Assembly: GCA_963847445.1 (NCBI GenBank)
Contig: CAWJZV010000024.1
Location: 96,001 to 160,000 of the forward strand
Origin: an uncultured delta proteobacterium
GTDB lineage: Bacteria > Desulfobacterota > Binatia > UBA9968
Direction: 5' to 3'
Length of the DNA: 64,000 nucleotides
The notes beneath the pieces were generated by a model. That model was given only the letters and a program-made list of their open reading frames with translations, made no database searches and had not been told where the DNA came from. The position numbers were made by a program, and so were the translations under genes. Every line of letters starts with the position of its first letter. Within the stretch, counting starts at the first letter, position 1. Below, one piece after another: positions 11,443 to 20,917 of this stretch.

Positions 11443-11888
11443 ATGAATCTGGCAAGACAATCTTCTGACCACCACCGATGAGATCCGCGATCTAATCAAT
11501 ACAAACCAAACGGATCGCCGTCCTCGGCATCAAGACCGACGCTCAAGCCGACCAGCCGTCGGTGTACGTGCCGCAGTACATGCAACGCGCCGGCTTCGAG
11601 ATCATCCCAGTGCCGGTGTATTACCCGGACGCTACGAAAATCTTAGGTGAGACGGTTTATCGCCAGCTAACCGCCATCCCTGGCGACATCGACATGGTCG
11701 ACGTCTTCCGCCGCCCCAACGACATCGCCGGTCACATCGAAGACATCTTGGCGAAGCGACCCAAGTCCGTCTGGTTTCAATCCGGCATCCGCAACGACAA
11801 GGCGGCGGAGATATTCGCCAAGGCGGGGCTAAAAGTAGTCCAAGACCGCTGACTGATGGTCGACCACCGGCGGTTCGCCGGGAATTGA
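11443..11888 (+). CDS. CoA-binding protein (YccU/COG1832 family), probable selenoprotein; two 5' indels
   Basis: Reconstructs as MNWQDNLL..KRIAVLGIK..IDMVDVFRRP..VWFQSGIRN..VVQDR(TGA)LMVDHRRFAGN; TGA 11850-11852 sits at the family DRC cysteine. Confidence 0.8.
11850..11881 (+). promoter_or_regulatory. Putative bacterial SECIS element
   Basis: Stem CCGGCG (11867-11872)/CGCCGG (11876-11881) with a G-first apical loop about 20 nt after the in-frame TGA. Confidence 0.65.
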
Positions 11889-11984
11889 GATCGTTTGGGG
11901 TTACGAGTTTCGGGTTTCGAGTTTTCGGACTGCCGCGGCGAATTCAGGCTGCTCGATATTTTGCGAATCTAGCAACTAACGATC

Positions 11985-12052
11985 CGTCATACCGGCGCAG
12001 GCCGGCATCCATCCCCTTTTTCCTCTTAGATTCCGGCCTGCGCCGGAATGAC
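11985..12052. repeat. CGTC-type REP doublet (REPIN-like)
   Basis: cgtcataccggcgcaggccggcatcc...gattccggcctgcgccggaatgac; others at 51484-51568, 56763-56872, 57940-58019 and inside family A elements. Confidence 0.85.
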
Positions 12053-12142
12053 AGAAAACGGGGCGATTTGAACTGGGCTGACGGCTTCCACTGAACTCGA
12101 AACCCGAAACTCGAAACGCCGAATCGCGCGCAATGCGTACGC

Positions 12143-13006
12143 TCACGCCGCCAACTTTTTCGCCCGCAGTTGCTTGGCGATAAAATTCTTTACCATCTCA
12201 TGAGCCCGATCCGTCATCGGCCCCGGATCGTCAATCCACAGATGTTCGCAACCCGCGAATAATTCATACTGACAGTCGCCGCCCGCGGCGCGATAGGCGT
12301 TGGCGAATTTCTCCTGCACCGCCGGCCGCACGTTGTCGTCCAGCTCCCCTTGCATGATCAGCAGCGGCGGCAACGTGACTTTTTCGCCGCGGTCGAGAAT
12401 CTCCTGCGGATTGGCTTCGTGGATCGTTTCCCAGGGATTAAAATAGTTCTTGCTGTGCTGCATCATCTCGGCTCGCCCCAGCGACTCGGCATTCAAGTAC
12501 CGCGCATAGGGATTGCTCACCGGCGAGCGCGTCGCGACGTAGTTGACTCTGGCATCGAGGTTCGGCGCTGCGGCGAGCTTAAGCGCATTGTAGCGCGGGT
12601 CGTCCGGCCGCATCGCCAACAGCTCGACTTCATGGCCGCCGCTCGAACTGCCCAGCACACCGATCGTCGCAGCATCGCCGTTCCATTCCTGCGCTTTAGA
12701 TTTCAGCCAGCGCACGCCGTAGTTGGCATCCTGCACCGACGCCGGATAGGGCGCCTCGGACGCGCGAGTCAGGTCGATGGCGACGACGAGAATTCCGCTC
12801 CGCGCCAAACTCTCGTCCATGCTCGAGTTGGCAGTCCGGTCCTTGTTGTTCCACGCCCCGCCATGAAGATCGAGCAACACCGGAAACGGCCCCGCCCCCT
12901 GCGGCTGGTAAACCCGCGCCATCAACATCCGCGCCGCCGCCTTGCGAAACTCGACATCCCAACTCTTGATCTCGAACTTGTCCGAAGGATTGTATGCGGT
13001 CGCCAT
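12143..13006 (-). CDS. Alpha/beta hydrolase (HSL/Aes-like esterase)
   Basis: LHGGAW oxyanion motif, GSSSGG nucleophile elbow, QGELDD, GCEH. Confidence 0.88.
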   Translation of the reverse strand: MATAYNPSDKFEIKSWDVEFRKAAARMLMARVYQPQGAGPFPVLLDLHGGAWNNKDRTANSSMDESLARSGILVVAIDLTRASEAPYPASVQDANYGVRWLKSKAQEWNGDAATIGVLGSSSGGHEVELLAMRPDDPRYNALKLAAAPNLDARVNYVATRSPVSNPYARYLNAESLGRAEMMQHSKNYFNPWETIHEANPQEILDRGEKVTLPPLLIMQGELDDNVRPAVQEKFANAYRAAGGDCQYELFAGCEHLWIDDPGPMTDRAHEMVKNFIAKQLRAKKLAA

Positions 13007-13163
13007 TTTTACGCCCTCCCTTACTATTGAAGCTATGAGAGCGGGTTTCAAACCCGCCCCTCCTGTAAATTATTTTTTGTGCCCTTTGCGTTTCCGATCG
13101 TCCTGAGCACCGTCGAAGGATGCGGCAAATCATCCGAATCCAAAACTTGTGGTTAACACTCTT

Positions 13164-13733
13164 TTACGGCATCGCCGGCGCTTCGCCGACTTGCCAAATA
13201 TACAACGTGCGCGAATCGGCATAGTCCGCGGTGCCATCGCTCGGCGGGGCGAGATGCTCGACGCGCGTCGGTTTCCAGTCGTCGATGTCGAAATCATGGG
13301 CGACCACGCGCGAACCGGGTTTGAGCTTTTGCAGCTTCGGCCGGAGCGCGTTGTTGAACCATTTGAACATGTACAGCGTCACCACCGTCGCTTCGGAGAT
13401 ATCGACGGTGAGTCCGTCCTGGGCGCGAAACTCGACCAGGTGGCTCACGCCTTCGCTCAGGGCGTTTTCCTTCGCCTTGGCGACCAGCTCGGGATTGAGA
13501 TCGATGCCGACGCCGCGGATACCGAACTTCTTCGCCGCTTCGATGACGATACGGCCGTCGCCGCTGCCCATGTCGTAAAGGATGTCGCCCTTCTTGATCT
13601 CGGCGACCTCGATCATCTTATGCACCACATACATCGGCGAGGGAACGTAAGGGATTGAATCTTGCGCCAGACTCACCTGGCGCATCAGCAGCACCAGTCC
13701 AAAAACCACCAACAGCTTAGCAACATTTCCCAT
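13164..13733 (-). CDS. Class I SAM-dependent methyltransferase with signal peptide
   Basis: PYVPSP, LYDMGSGDGRI, ATVVTLY, LKPGSRVVAHDF. Confidence 0.85.
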   Translation of the reverse strand: MGNVAKLLVVFGLVLLMRQVSLAQDSIPYVPSPMYVVHKMIEVAEIKKGDILYDMGSGDGRIVIEAAKKFGIRGVGIDLNPELVAKAKENALSEGVSHLVEFRAQDGLTVDISEATVVTLYMFKWFNNALRPKLQKLKPGSRVVAHDFDIDDWKPTRVEHLAPPSDGTADYADSRTLYIWQVGEAPAMP

Positions 13734-13843
13734 GATGGAGATCCTCCGCTAAAGCATTGAGCGTCGGCATCATATGCCGAGCACCACGATGGTTGTCAAT
13801 GGCAAATTGAACCGGCTGCGTCGCGCCAGGCACAAATCCATCT

Positions 13844-13992
13844 CACCACGAAGCCCATAGCGCGGCGAAGCCGCAACCGAAAAGAAGAATGGCCGCAAAG
13901 AACGCAAAGCGCGCAAAAAAAGAATCGGAAATCGTAGGGGCGGGTTTGAAACCCGCCCTCTTGGCTTCGTGATCTTCGTGTCCTTCGTGGTG
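13844..13992. mobile_element. CACGAAG host repeat with family B left end and GTAG REP cargo
   Basis: CACCACGAAG|CCCATAGCGCGGCGAAGCCGCAACCGAA matches the left end at 48953; the following about 90 bp recurs inverted at 28736-28825. Confidence 0.6.
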
Positions 13993-14111
13993 AAAGCAAC
14001 TTTTCTATGTAATCGCGGATCGGCCGCGATATCCGCGATTTTTCGGGCTGGGCAAACTCTTTCGGCTGTGGTAGTAGCGGGGACTGACTGAAACAAATAG
14101 GAGCTAAGCCT

Positions 14112-15132
14112 ATGACCGGCAAACGAACATGGCTATTGGCTGCGGTACTCGTTGGAATATTCTTTTCCCGGCGCTACGGCTCGCGCCGCGGTGCCGACGC
14201 CGATGCTCGCCGCCTACGGCGGCCATAACGAAACCATGATCCCGATCTGGGTCGGGGCGGATAAGGGACTGTTCCGCAAGTACGGCGTCGATCTGCGCGC
14301 GCTACAGACCCGCAGCGGGCCGATCATGATGGCGACCCTCGCCTCCGGCGGCACGCCGCTCGTCTGGTCGGCGCCGAGCAGCGCGCTGAGCACCACGGCG
14401 AGCGGGCTCAAGCTCGGCTGCTTCGCCGTCGGCAACAACCAGGTGCCGCGGGAAGTCATCGTCAGAAAAGGCATCGAGTCGATCGAAGACCTGCGCGGCA
14501 AAAGCTTTGGCGTGCAGAGCATCGGCGGCGGCTTTTGGATCTCGACCATGGTGGTGCTCGACGCCCTGGGCATCGATCCGGACAAATACAAACTCAACAT
14601 GCGCGTCATCGGCGATACCGCCACCGTCACCCAAGCGCTGATCACCGGCAACGTCGACGCCATGGTCGTCCCCTATAGCTACGGCGATGTCGCCAAGCGC
14701 GCCGGCGCCAAGGCCCTGGCCGATGCCGGCAAGTTGAACGTCACCTATCAAGCCACCGTCATGTGCGCCCAGAAAGATTCCAGCGCGGTATCGAACGACA
14801 CCATGATCGCCATGACCAAGGGCATCGTCGATGCGCTGGCCTACATTCTCGAACCCGCCAACAAGCGCGAGGTCAGCGAGGTGCTCAAGAAAAACCTGCG
14901 CTTGAGCAAGGACGAAGATGTCGACGGGTCTTATCGAGTGTCGCGCTTGCAGATGCCCAACCTCGACATCGCGCCGAACCTGGAAGCCTGGCGCACGGTG
15001 AAACGGCTGGTCGCCAAAGTGAATCCCAAAGTCCAGGACGTCGACATAGAACAAGTGATCGTCACCGGCCCGGCGCAATTTTTGGAAACAAGCGGCTTCA
15101 TGGCGGAGATGCGGAAGAGACTGCCACGATGA
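14112..15132 (+). CDS. ABC substrate-binding protein (NMT1/SsuA-like), 5' frameshift
   Basis: Signal MTGKRTWLLAAVLVG from ATG 14112; PIWVGADKGLFRKYG, IEDLRGKSFGV, ALITGNVDA. Confidence 0.82.
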
Positions 15133-15219
15133 CGAGATTCTGTTCACCACGAAGGCACGAAGATCACGAAGGTAAGAGAAGACAGGAGATTTGTTTTCCG
15201 AACTTCGTGTACTTCGTGC

Positions 15220-15427
15220 CTCCTTCGAAAATACATGTGAGGGGATGATATGCACAACAAAGAGCCTGCGGGGCTCCGTCATACCCGCGAAAGCGGGTAT
15301 CCAGGCTAATTCGGCGCAGAACAAACCTGGATTCCCGCGTGTGCGGGAATGACGAATTGAGCGGGATCATGTTCTGGGAATACCAACCATTTTCATGTTC
15401 TGTAGACGAGCGTAAGCTCATGGAGCA
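15220..15427 (-). mobile_element. Non-autonomous mini-element family A, copy 3
   Basis: 208 bp, reverse orientation, interrupts the right arm of the host inverted repeat 15145-15437. Confidence 0.78.
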
Positions 15428-15514
15428 CTTCGTGGTGCAAAGCCGATAATCAACCTTGAACTTTTGAACTTTAAACATTGAACCGCGCTCATAGCGCACA
15501 GAAGGAGCCCCACC

Positions 15515-17227
15515 ATGCACGGCGGACAAGTAATGTTGAAGGCGGTCGAACGGAGCGGCATCGATTTTATTTTATCCTCGCCCGGCTCGGAGTGGCCGCC
15601 GATGTGGGAAGCGCTGGCGGAAGCGGCGGCGCGCGGCGCGCAGAAGCCCAAGTATATCAACTGCCGCCACGAAGCGGTCGCCGTCGCCATGGCGGCGGGC
15701 TACACCAAAGTGACCAATCGGCCACAGGTCGTCATGCTCCACGCCACCGCCGGGCCGCTTAATGCCGCGATGACTTTGCGCGCCGCGCTGCACGAGCGCA
15801 CGCCGATGGTGATCATCAGCGGTGAGATCGCCGCCTACGGCGAAAACACCAAAGTCGCCGATCCCGGCGGCCAGTGGCTCCATGACCTCACCGACTTGGG
15901 CGGTTCGCCGGATTTGCTGCGCGGCTGCGTCAAATGGGCCGACCGCATCTCGTCGGTGGAATTGTTGGGGCCGACCATCGAACGCGCCGTGCGCATCGCC
16001 ATGGAACCGCCCATGGGCCCGGTGCTGATCGGCATTCCGTTCGAATGCATGATGGAACAAGTCGATGACATCGACCACGGCAAGGCCAATGAAGTCGCCC
16101 GCGCCCACGCCGTCGACGACGCCAGCATCGACAAAGCGCTAAGCCTCATCGCCGCGGCGAAAAATCCCATCGCCTTGACCGAACATGTCGGCGGCGACCC
16201 GCGCGCCGTGGCGCGCTTCGTCGAGCTCTGCGAAATGTTCGGCATCCCGGTGATGGAAACCTACCGCCCCGCGTTCATGAATTTCCCGCGCACCCATCCA
16301 CTTTATTTGCATCACGATCCCAAGGCGGTCGATGCGGCGGATTTGATTCTAATGGTCGACGCGGTGACGCCTTGGTATCCGGCGAGCAAGCCGCCCAAGA
16401 ACGCCAAAGTGATTGCCATCGCCGATGAGTTTCCCAACTCACGCCTGCCCTACTGGGGCTACAACGTCGATCTGGCCTTGGTCGCAGCGCCGGCAACGAC
16501 TCTCGGACAACTGGTACAAAAAGCCAAAGCCTCCGAGCAAGTCGCCGCCAATCGCGCGAGCTACCAGCAACGCGCAGCGCGCACGGGCGAGCAGCACGGC
16601 AGTTATTTTGGCAAGCTTAAAGAAGAAGCGCAGAAGCACGCCGACGACAATCCAATTGATCCGCGCTGGGCGGTGCATGCGCTCGGGCAAGCGCTGCCGG
16701 CGAATGCAGTGATCTCGGAAGAGACCACGGTCTATCGCAGCTTGATCCAAGAAACCATGCCGCGCGACCAACCGCAGTCTTACTTCGCGCGCATCACCGG
16801 CGGACTCGGCGTCGGTTTGAGCTACGCCCTGGGCGTGAAGTTAGCGATGCCCGACCGGCCGGTCTTCGCGTTCATCGGCGACGGCGCGTTTCATTACAAC
16901 GCCGTGCCGTCATGCTTGGGCGTAGCGGAGGAATATGGCCTGCCGATCCACTGCGTGATTTTCAACAACGGCCGCTATCTGTCCATGGAAACCAGCTTGA
17001 TCAAATATTTCCCCGACGGCGCGGCGAAAACCACCGGCGTTCACTTCGGCGCCGAGATCGGCCCGCGTCCCGATTACCAGCACTACGCCAAAGCCCATGG
17101 CGGCGAAGGCTTCCGGGTCACCAACCCGAAGGACATCGCGAAGGCCGTCGAACAAGCGCTAAAGTGCGAGCAGGAAAAGAAACTAACGGTGATCGACCTG
17201 GTGCTGAGCGATTTGAATCCGCGCTAG
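15515..17227 (+). CDS. Thiamine pyrophosphate-dependent enzyme (acetolactate synthase/benzoylformate decarboxylase-like)
   Basis: RHEAVAVAMA catalytic Glu; GDGAFHYN...FNN ThDP motif; AAGGAG RBS. Confidence 0.88.
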   Translation: MHGGQVMLKAVERSGIDFILSSPGSEWPPMWEALAEAAARGAQKPKYINCRHEAVAVAMAAGYTKVTNRPQVVMLHATAGPLNAAMTLRAALHERTPMVIISGEIAAYGENTKVADPGGQWLHDLTDLGGSPDLLRGCVKWADRISSVELLGPTIERAVRIAMEPPMGPVLIGIPFECMMEQVDDIDHGKANEVARAHAVDDASIDKALSLIAAAKNPIALTEHVGGDPRAVARFVELCEMFGIPVMETYRPAFMNFPRTHPLYLHHDPKAVDAADLILMVDAVTPWYPASKPPKNAKVIAIADEFPNSRLPYWGYNVDLALVAAPATTLGQLVQKAKASEQVAANRASYQQRAARTGEQHGSYFGKLKEEAQKHADDNPIDPRWAVHALGQALPANAVISEETTVYRSLIQETMPRDQPQSYFARITGGLGVGLSYALGVKLAMPDRPVFAFIGDGAFHYNAVPSCLGVAEEYGLPIHCVIFNNGRYLSMETSLIKYFPDGAAKTTGVHFGAEIGPRPDYQHYAKAHGGEGFRVTNPKDIAKAVEQALKCEQEKKLTVIDLVLSDLNPR

Positions 17228-17256
17228 ATCACGGCGTCGTTGAAAATAAATCGCGC

Positions 17257-18114
17257 TTACGCCGCGTCAGCGCTGGCAACCGTGATGTCGATCTCGGCGT
17301 GGAGTTCCGAGGTAATCGCGTTGCCGCGAAACGTGCCGCTCACGGGAGCCGCGAGCAGAGGATCCCCGGCTGCGGCAATGGCCACATGGCGATCGCTTAC
17401 AGCGAGACCCTGTCCGGGATCGTAGCCACGCCAACCGACGCCCGGTAGATAAACTTCGCCCCAGGAGTGCAGCGAGAGTCGATCTTTTGTGCCGCCGTCT
17501 TGGCAATAGCCGTTGACGAAACGAGCCGCGATGCCGACATAACGGCAGGCGTCGATGAATAAAACCGCCAGATCGCGGCTGGGTCCGGCTCGGCTCAAAA
17601 AAGTTTCTTCGGCGCTTCTCGGCGCCCCAACCCCCCGTTCTGTTTGTTGAAAGCTTTCGGAAATTTCCCGGGTGAGCATCGTCAGGAAACGCAAGGTTTT
17701 CCATTCAGTCCGATTGGCGATCTGACGGGCGAATTGTTCGACCAAGTGGCTCTCGTTCCGGCGCACGGTATAAGGGGCGAGGTACGCCTGAAGCGGATCC
17801 TGGTAGCTAACGGGCAGGCGGTCGGCCCGTTCGGCGAGAATATAATTGAACGGATTGCGGTATTGGGTGACTATTTTGGCGCGGCTGGCAACGATCAGTT
17901 TTTCCGTCAGACCTTGAAACCAAACATTCTCGACGATGTTGCCGTCGATATCGATCCCGTCCGTCGATCCGGCGGGACGCGGGTCGATTTTGGATTCGAA
18001 GTGCTGCACGTTTTGCACAGCATCGCAGCGCGGACGGATCCGCAGATGATGCAACTCCAGAAAAACCGGGCGGCTATAAGTGTAAGTAGTTTTGTGACTG
18101 ATTTCGAAGAACAT
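17257..18114 (-). CDS. Bacterial transglutaminase-like protein with Ser at the catalytic Cys position
   Basis: HKTTYTY N-domain; GPSRDLA, ARFVNGY, LHSWGEVYLPGVGWRGYDP. Confidence 0.85.
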   Translation of the reverse strand: MFFEISHKTTYTYSRPVFLELHHLRIRPRCDAVQNVQHFESKIDPRPAGSTDGIDIDGNIVENVWFQGLTEKLIVASRAKIVTQYRNPFNYILAERADRLPVSYQDPLQAYLAPYTVRRNESHLVEQFARQIANRTEWKTLRFLTMLTREISESFQQTERGVGAPRSAEETFLSRAGPSRDLAVLFIDACRYVGIAARFVNGYCQDGGTKDRLSLHSWGEVYLPGVGWRGYDPGQGLAVSDRHVAIAAAGDPLLAAPVSGTFRGNAITSELHAEIDITVASADAA

Positions 18115-18157
18115 GGTTATCCTTCCGCCCAATCTTGCCGCGCGATTGCCGCGCCGA

Positions 18158-19138
18158 TCACTGGCCGACTCGATCCGGCGGCGTCGAACCCACCGGGCGA
18201 AGCGCGAAAAAGGTGTCGAAGATGCATTGATCCACCAGATTCAACTTGGTCTGAAATCCGTCGAGAAACTCATGCAGGCCGCGGGCGACGATCTGCGGCG
18301 TGTCGGTATACGCCAATTCGGCGCGCAGCTGGCCCAAGCGCTGCTCGGCGGTATTGCGGTACATGCCGATCGGCGTGCCGGAGATCGCGTGGAGTGAATC
18401 GTTGGCGGTCGTCAGGCAGTAGTGAATCGAGCGGGGAAACTCATGGTCCAAGACCAGAAAGTTGATAATTTGCTCCGGCGCGATGTGGCCGTGGCGCTTG
18501 CGGTACATTTCTAAAGCGCTCGCCGATCGTAACACCGCGGCCCATTGGATATCGTCCAACGGGGTGCCCACGTCGGCGACCGACGGCAGCAGCATGAAAT
18601 ACTTGACATCGAGCAGCCGGGAGGTCTTATCGGCCCGTTCGAGCAGTCGTCCCAGGCTATAGAAGTGCCACACTTCCCCGTGCAACATGGTCGCGTCGGT
18701 GATGCCGTGAAACAGTTGGCTGGCCTTTTTTACTTCGCTGAAAAAGCTCGAAGACGACGTCCTCAGCCGTTCGTTTGCCGCCGCGGCGTTGACCATCAAA
18801 TAAAAAGTGTTGACCTGTTCCCACATCTCGGGCGAAATCGACTCGCGAATTGTCCGGGCGTTCTCCCGTGCGGCGCGCAAGCAAGACACGATCGAGCTTG
18901 GGTTGTCCTCGTCAAAGGTAAGAAACTTGATGACGTTGTCCCGCGTCGCCACCGGATAGTTCGAAGAGAACGCAGCGTCGCCGCCGGAGATGCTCACCAG
19001 GGGATGCCACTGTTCCGGAGAGCCGCTCGGCAAATCGAGCATCAATTGCAGGTTAACATCGATAAAGCGCGCGACGTTGTCGGCTCGCTCCATGTAGCGG
19101 CTCAACCAGTAGATCGAATTGGCGACTCGGCTTAGCAT
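18158..19138 (-). CDS. Alpha-E domain protein (DUF403)
   Basis: MLSRVANSIYWLSRYMERA, ARENAR, LGRLLERADKTSRLLDVK, FPRSI. Confidence 0.92.
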   Translation of the reverse strand: MLSRVANSIYWLSRYMERADNVARFIDVNLQLMLDLPSGSPEQWHPLVSISGGDAAFSSNYPVATRDNVIKFLTFDEDNPSSIVSCLRAARENARTIRESISPEMWEQVNTFYLMVNAAAANERLRTSSSSFFSEVKKASQLFHGITDATMLHGEVWHFYSLGRLLERADKTSRLLDVKYFMLLPSVADVGTPLDDIQWAAVLRSASALEMYRKRHGHIAPEQIINFLVLDHEFPRSIHYCLTTANDSLHAISGTPIGMYRNTAEQRLGQLRAELAYTDTPQIVARGLHEFLDGFQTKLNLVDQCIFDTFFALRPVGSTPPDRVGQ

Positions 19139-19189
19139 TAGTCTAATTCACGATTGCGCCGCGCTATGAGCTGCTCAGGAGCGCGGCGT

Positions 19190-20620
19190 TTAAGCCTGTA
19201 ATACCCACGTGTCCTTGCTCCCTCCTCCCTGAGATGAGTTGACCACCAAGGAGCCGGGTTTGAGTGCGACGCGAGTCAGTCCGCCGGGTAACACGTAAAT
19301 GTCGCTGCCGTAGAGCACATAGGGACGCAAATCGACATGGCGCCCGACGACGCGGCCATCGGCGATCACCGGCACCCGCGATAGACCCAAGGTCGGCTGG
19401 GCGATATAGTTGCGCGGATTTTGTTGAATCCGTTGGGCAAACTCAGCACGTTCTGCTGGCGTCGCGTGCGGGCCCACGAGCATGCCGTAACCGCCCGATT
19501 CGTTGACCGCTTTGACGACTAGTTTGTTTAGGTTGGCAAGCACGTAGGAAAGTTCCTCGGGCTCGGCGCAAATATGCGTCGGCACGTTTGGGATGACAAT
19601 TTCTTCGCCCAGATAGTATTCGATGATCTTCGGCACATAGGCGTAGATCGACTTGTCGTCGGCGATGCCCGTGCCCGGCGCGTTGGCCAACGCCACGCGC
19701 CCTTTCTTATAAATCTCCATAAGCCCCGCCACCCCCAGTAATGAATCCGACCGGAAAGCTTGCGGGTCGAGAAAATCATCGTCGATGCGCCGATACAGCA
19801 CGTCAACCGGTTCGAAACCTTTGGTGGTGCGCATCATGATCCGGTTGTTGAGCGCCACCAGATCACGCCCCTCGACCAATTCGACGCCCATTTGTTGCGC
19901 CAAAAAAGAATGTTCATAGTAGGCCGAATTGTAAATGCCCGGAGTAAGCACGGCGACTTTGGGCGAGTCAACCGCCGGGAATAGCGATTGAAGAGTCGAC
20001 AGCAAGCGGCTGGGATATTCATCCACCGGCCGGACGCGCGACGCCTCGAAAACCTGGGGAAAGGTCCGCTTCATGATCCGGCGATTTTCGAGCACGTAAG
20101 ACACGCCGGAGGGACAGCGCAAGTTATCTTCCAAGACGTACATCTGGCCGTCGCGGTCGCGCACCAGATCGGTGCCGGTGATATGGCACCAGACCTTTTG
20201 CGGCGGATTGAGTCCGACGCATTCTTTCCTAAAAGAACGCGCCGATTGGATCAGATATTCCGGCACGACTTTGTCTTTGACGATTTTTTGTTGATGATAA
20301 ATATCGTCGATGAATAAATTGAGCGCGTAGACCCGCTGCTTCAATCCCTTCTCGATCCAATCCCACTCGGCGGCTTCGACGATCCGCGGTATGACATCGA
20401 ACGGGAATATTTTTTCGGTTGCCGCGCTGTCGCTATAAACGTTAAAAGTAATCCCGTTCTGCAACAGCAGGCTCTCGGCGGCCGCTTGGCGGGCGAAAAG
20501 CTCACCGTCCGGCAGCGACTCGATCCGCTCCTTTAGCAATCCTGCGCCAGAGCGTGGAGTGCTGTCAGAGACGAACATCTCGTCATAGAAATCAGTGGTT
20601 TCGTAAAGTTCAAATTTCAT
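19190..20620 (-). CDS. Circularly permuted type 2 ATP-grasp protein
   Basis: VLEDNLRCPSGVSY, NSAYYEH, YRRIDDDFLDP, HVDLRP, VVNSSQGGGSKDTWV. Confidence 0.93.
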   Translation of the reverse strand: MKFELYETTDFYDEMFVSDSTPRSGAGLLKERIESLPDGELFARQAAAESLLLQNGITFNVYSDSAATEKIFPFDVIPRIVEAAEWDWIEKGLKQRVYALNLFIDDIYHQQKIVKDKVVPEYLIQSARSFRKECVGLNPPQKVWCHITGTDLVRDRDGQMYVLEDNLRCPSGVSYVLENRRIMKRTFPQVFEASRVRPVDEYPSRLLSTLQSLFPAVDSPKVAVLTPGIYNSAYYEHSFLAQQMGVELVEGRDLVALNNRIMMRTTKGFEPVDVLYRRIDDDFLDPQAFRSDSLLGVAGLMEIYKKGRVALANAPGTGIADDKSIYAYVPKIIEYYLGEEIVIPNVPTHICAEPEELSYVLANLNKLVVKAVNESGGYGMLVGPHATPAERAEFAQRIQQNPRNYIAQPTLGLSRVPVIADGRVVGRHVDLRPYVLYGSDIYVLPGGLTRVALKPGSLVVNSSQGGGSKDTWVLQA

Positions 20621-20694
20621 GGCCGGTCCTAGAGTAATGCCAAAGCCGCCGTTACCCGCATAAGGTAACACGACCGCAGCACCCCTTGTCTACC

Positions 20695-20709
20695 GCAACG
20701 AATATGCCA
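20695..20709 (-). promoter_or_regulatory. Sigma54 (-24/-12) promoter
   Basis: Minus strand TGGCATATTCGTTGC has exact GG-N10-GC spacing, 75 nt upstream of the ATP-grasp ATG. Confidence 0.65.
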
Positions 20710-20917
20710 TTCAAGCACCCGCGATTTGCGCTAGTTAATTGCCTGGCTTTGTGGCGAACGACCATTTTTTGGGCAATGCGCTGCCTGAGCTTTGATCAAC
20801 GATTGTCGTTGACAAAGGGTATGAAATCCGCACTCGGTGTCGCGACCGCTCCTCGCTTGATCCCGGCAGGCTGATCTTCTAAATTGAGTCTCCGTCCAAT
20901 CGACCCAGTAAAGAATC

